DNA from: Azolla caroliniana
Taxonomy: Eukaryota > Plantae > Polypodiophyta
Reading direction: 5' to 3'
DNA: 64,000 nt
NCBI GenBank assembly: GCA_043228905.1
Contig: JBHGNT010000013.1
Span: forward strand, 7,316,001 to 7,380,000
Under the pieces are notes generated by a model. That model saw only the letters and a list, made by a program, of their open reading frames with translations. It did no database searches and was not told where the DNA came from. Below, in pieces: positions 62,918 through 64,000 of this stretch. The position numbers were made by a program, and so were the translations under genes. Each line of letters begins with the position of its first letter. The stretch's first letter is position 1.

Positions 62918-64000
62918 AAGAAAGAAGAGTGCGTGGATTGCGAGGAGAAGCAACATGTGTCACACCTAGTGGCGCATGTAAACTAGTACTCCCGACAAGA
63001 AGCACAAGCACCGGATACAAGAATTCGAGAAGATGCTGAAAGAAGAAAACATAATAGAAGAAGGAGAGTTCGTGACTCATATTATGGAAGAAGCCTCATT
63101 TAACGACACCATCGGTGAAATCGAGGACGTCGTGGACTTGAGCTATCTTCACAACCAACGCGTGATTTCGGTTAACTCCGTCAACATGTCTGCTATCATC
63201 GATGAATACTGTCATGGCATCTCGATGAAGGAAGCTGACATCAACAAGACATATAAAATGGTGGATAAGAAGATCAAGCCAGTTGCGGTTCTGCTACCAC
63301 AAGATAGCTGGCAAAAAAAGATGAAGGAAGTCGCTAACGATCCAAGCTTAAGATGAATACCGTTGTGGCATCTCGATGAAGGAAGCTGACATCAACACAA
63401 AATATAAAACGGTGGATAAGAAGATCAAGCCAGTTGCGGTTCCGCTACCAGAAGATAGCTAGCAAAAGATGAAGGAAGTCGCTAACGATCCAAGCTTAAG
63501 AGATCCGAAGAAGATAGGTCATGTCTTCACCAAAGAGACGAAGGGGAAGCTACGAGTTGGAAAGGAGGATTTCCTTCTCCCTGAAGAGGAGCGAATGTTT
63601 CGCGATATGCTTAAGAGACATGGGAAGGCTTTCGCATTCTTCCCACGAGAAATCAGATGCGCTGACCCAAAGGTTATAGAGCCGATGGTGATCTTCACGG
63701 TGCCTCATGTGCCTTGGAATTTGAAACCGATACCGGTTCCGAGAGCACACCTTCTTAAGCTGATCGAGCTCTTAAAGGAGAAGGTGAGTATGGGAATTCT
63801 AGAACCGTTGAATGCTCCTTATTCCAATAGGTGGTTCACGGTGCCGAAGAAGAATGGATCATTGCGATTCATCCAAGATCTTCAACCCGTCAACAAGGTG
63901 ACAATTCGAAATGCCGGAATCGGTCCGAGCGTGGACGAATTTGCCGAAGCGTTTGCGGGTTGTTCCATCTACTCCATTGGCGATCTCTACTCCAGATATG
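62854..64000 (+). pseudogene. gypsy H ORF2 start (RT N-terminus), disrupted; internal ~151-bp duplication 63201-63503
   Basis: KKIKPVA, HVPWNLKPIPVPRAH, PYSNRWFTVPKKNGSLRFIQDLQPVN and SIGDLYS. Confidence 0.88.

Larger units (their letters stand above)
59082..64000 (+). mobile_element. Ty3/gypsy element H, same group as G, runs off the window end
   Basis: Putative 1.5-kb 5' LTR 59082-60610 (tgtcatg...cacgaca) and Trp PBS 60619-60635. Gag-protease 60658-62863, RT from ~62854. Confidence 0.88.

Noticed and set aside
1-64000. Prokaryotic defence, retron or DGR system suggested by the many RTs and repeats
   Set aside because: Spliceosomal introns, LTR/PBS/PPT/TSD structures and plant CDKD show eukaryotic DNA, and all RTs are retrotransposon RTs.

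Overview
Eukaryotic, land-plant genomic DNA. The retroelement types suggest a non-seed plant (fern, lycophyte or bryophyte), but this is inference. There is one host gene, a CDK-activating kinase (CDKD/CDK7 type; six exons at 11842-15543, + strand), whose first coding exon is not in the window. Nearly everything else is a deeply nested retrotransposon pile: ten Ty1/copia copies or remnants (tRNA-iMet PBS, 5-bp TSDs where both ends survive), one 5'-truncated LINE, Athila-like Ty3/gypsy remnants with an extra 3' ORF, and a distinctive Ty3/gypsy group (one full element, one partial, two solo LTRs). The most interesting signal is that last group. It combines TGTCGT...ACGACA termini, a tRNA-Trp PBS, 4-bp target sites that appear CG-centred, a conserved GGATTTT slippery site plus H-type pseudoknot between gag-protease and RT, and tRNA-like A/B-box modules inside the LTRs. 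All coordinates were read by eye and lineage names were not database-verified.
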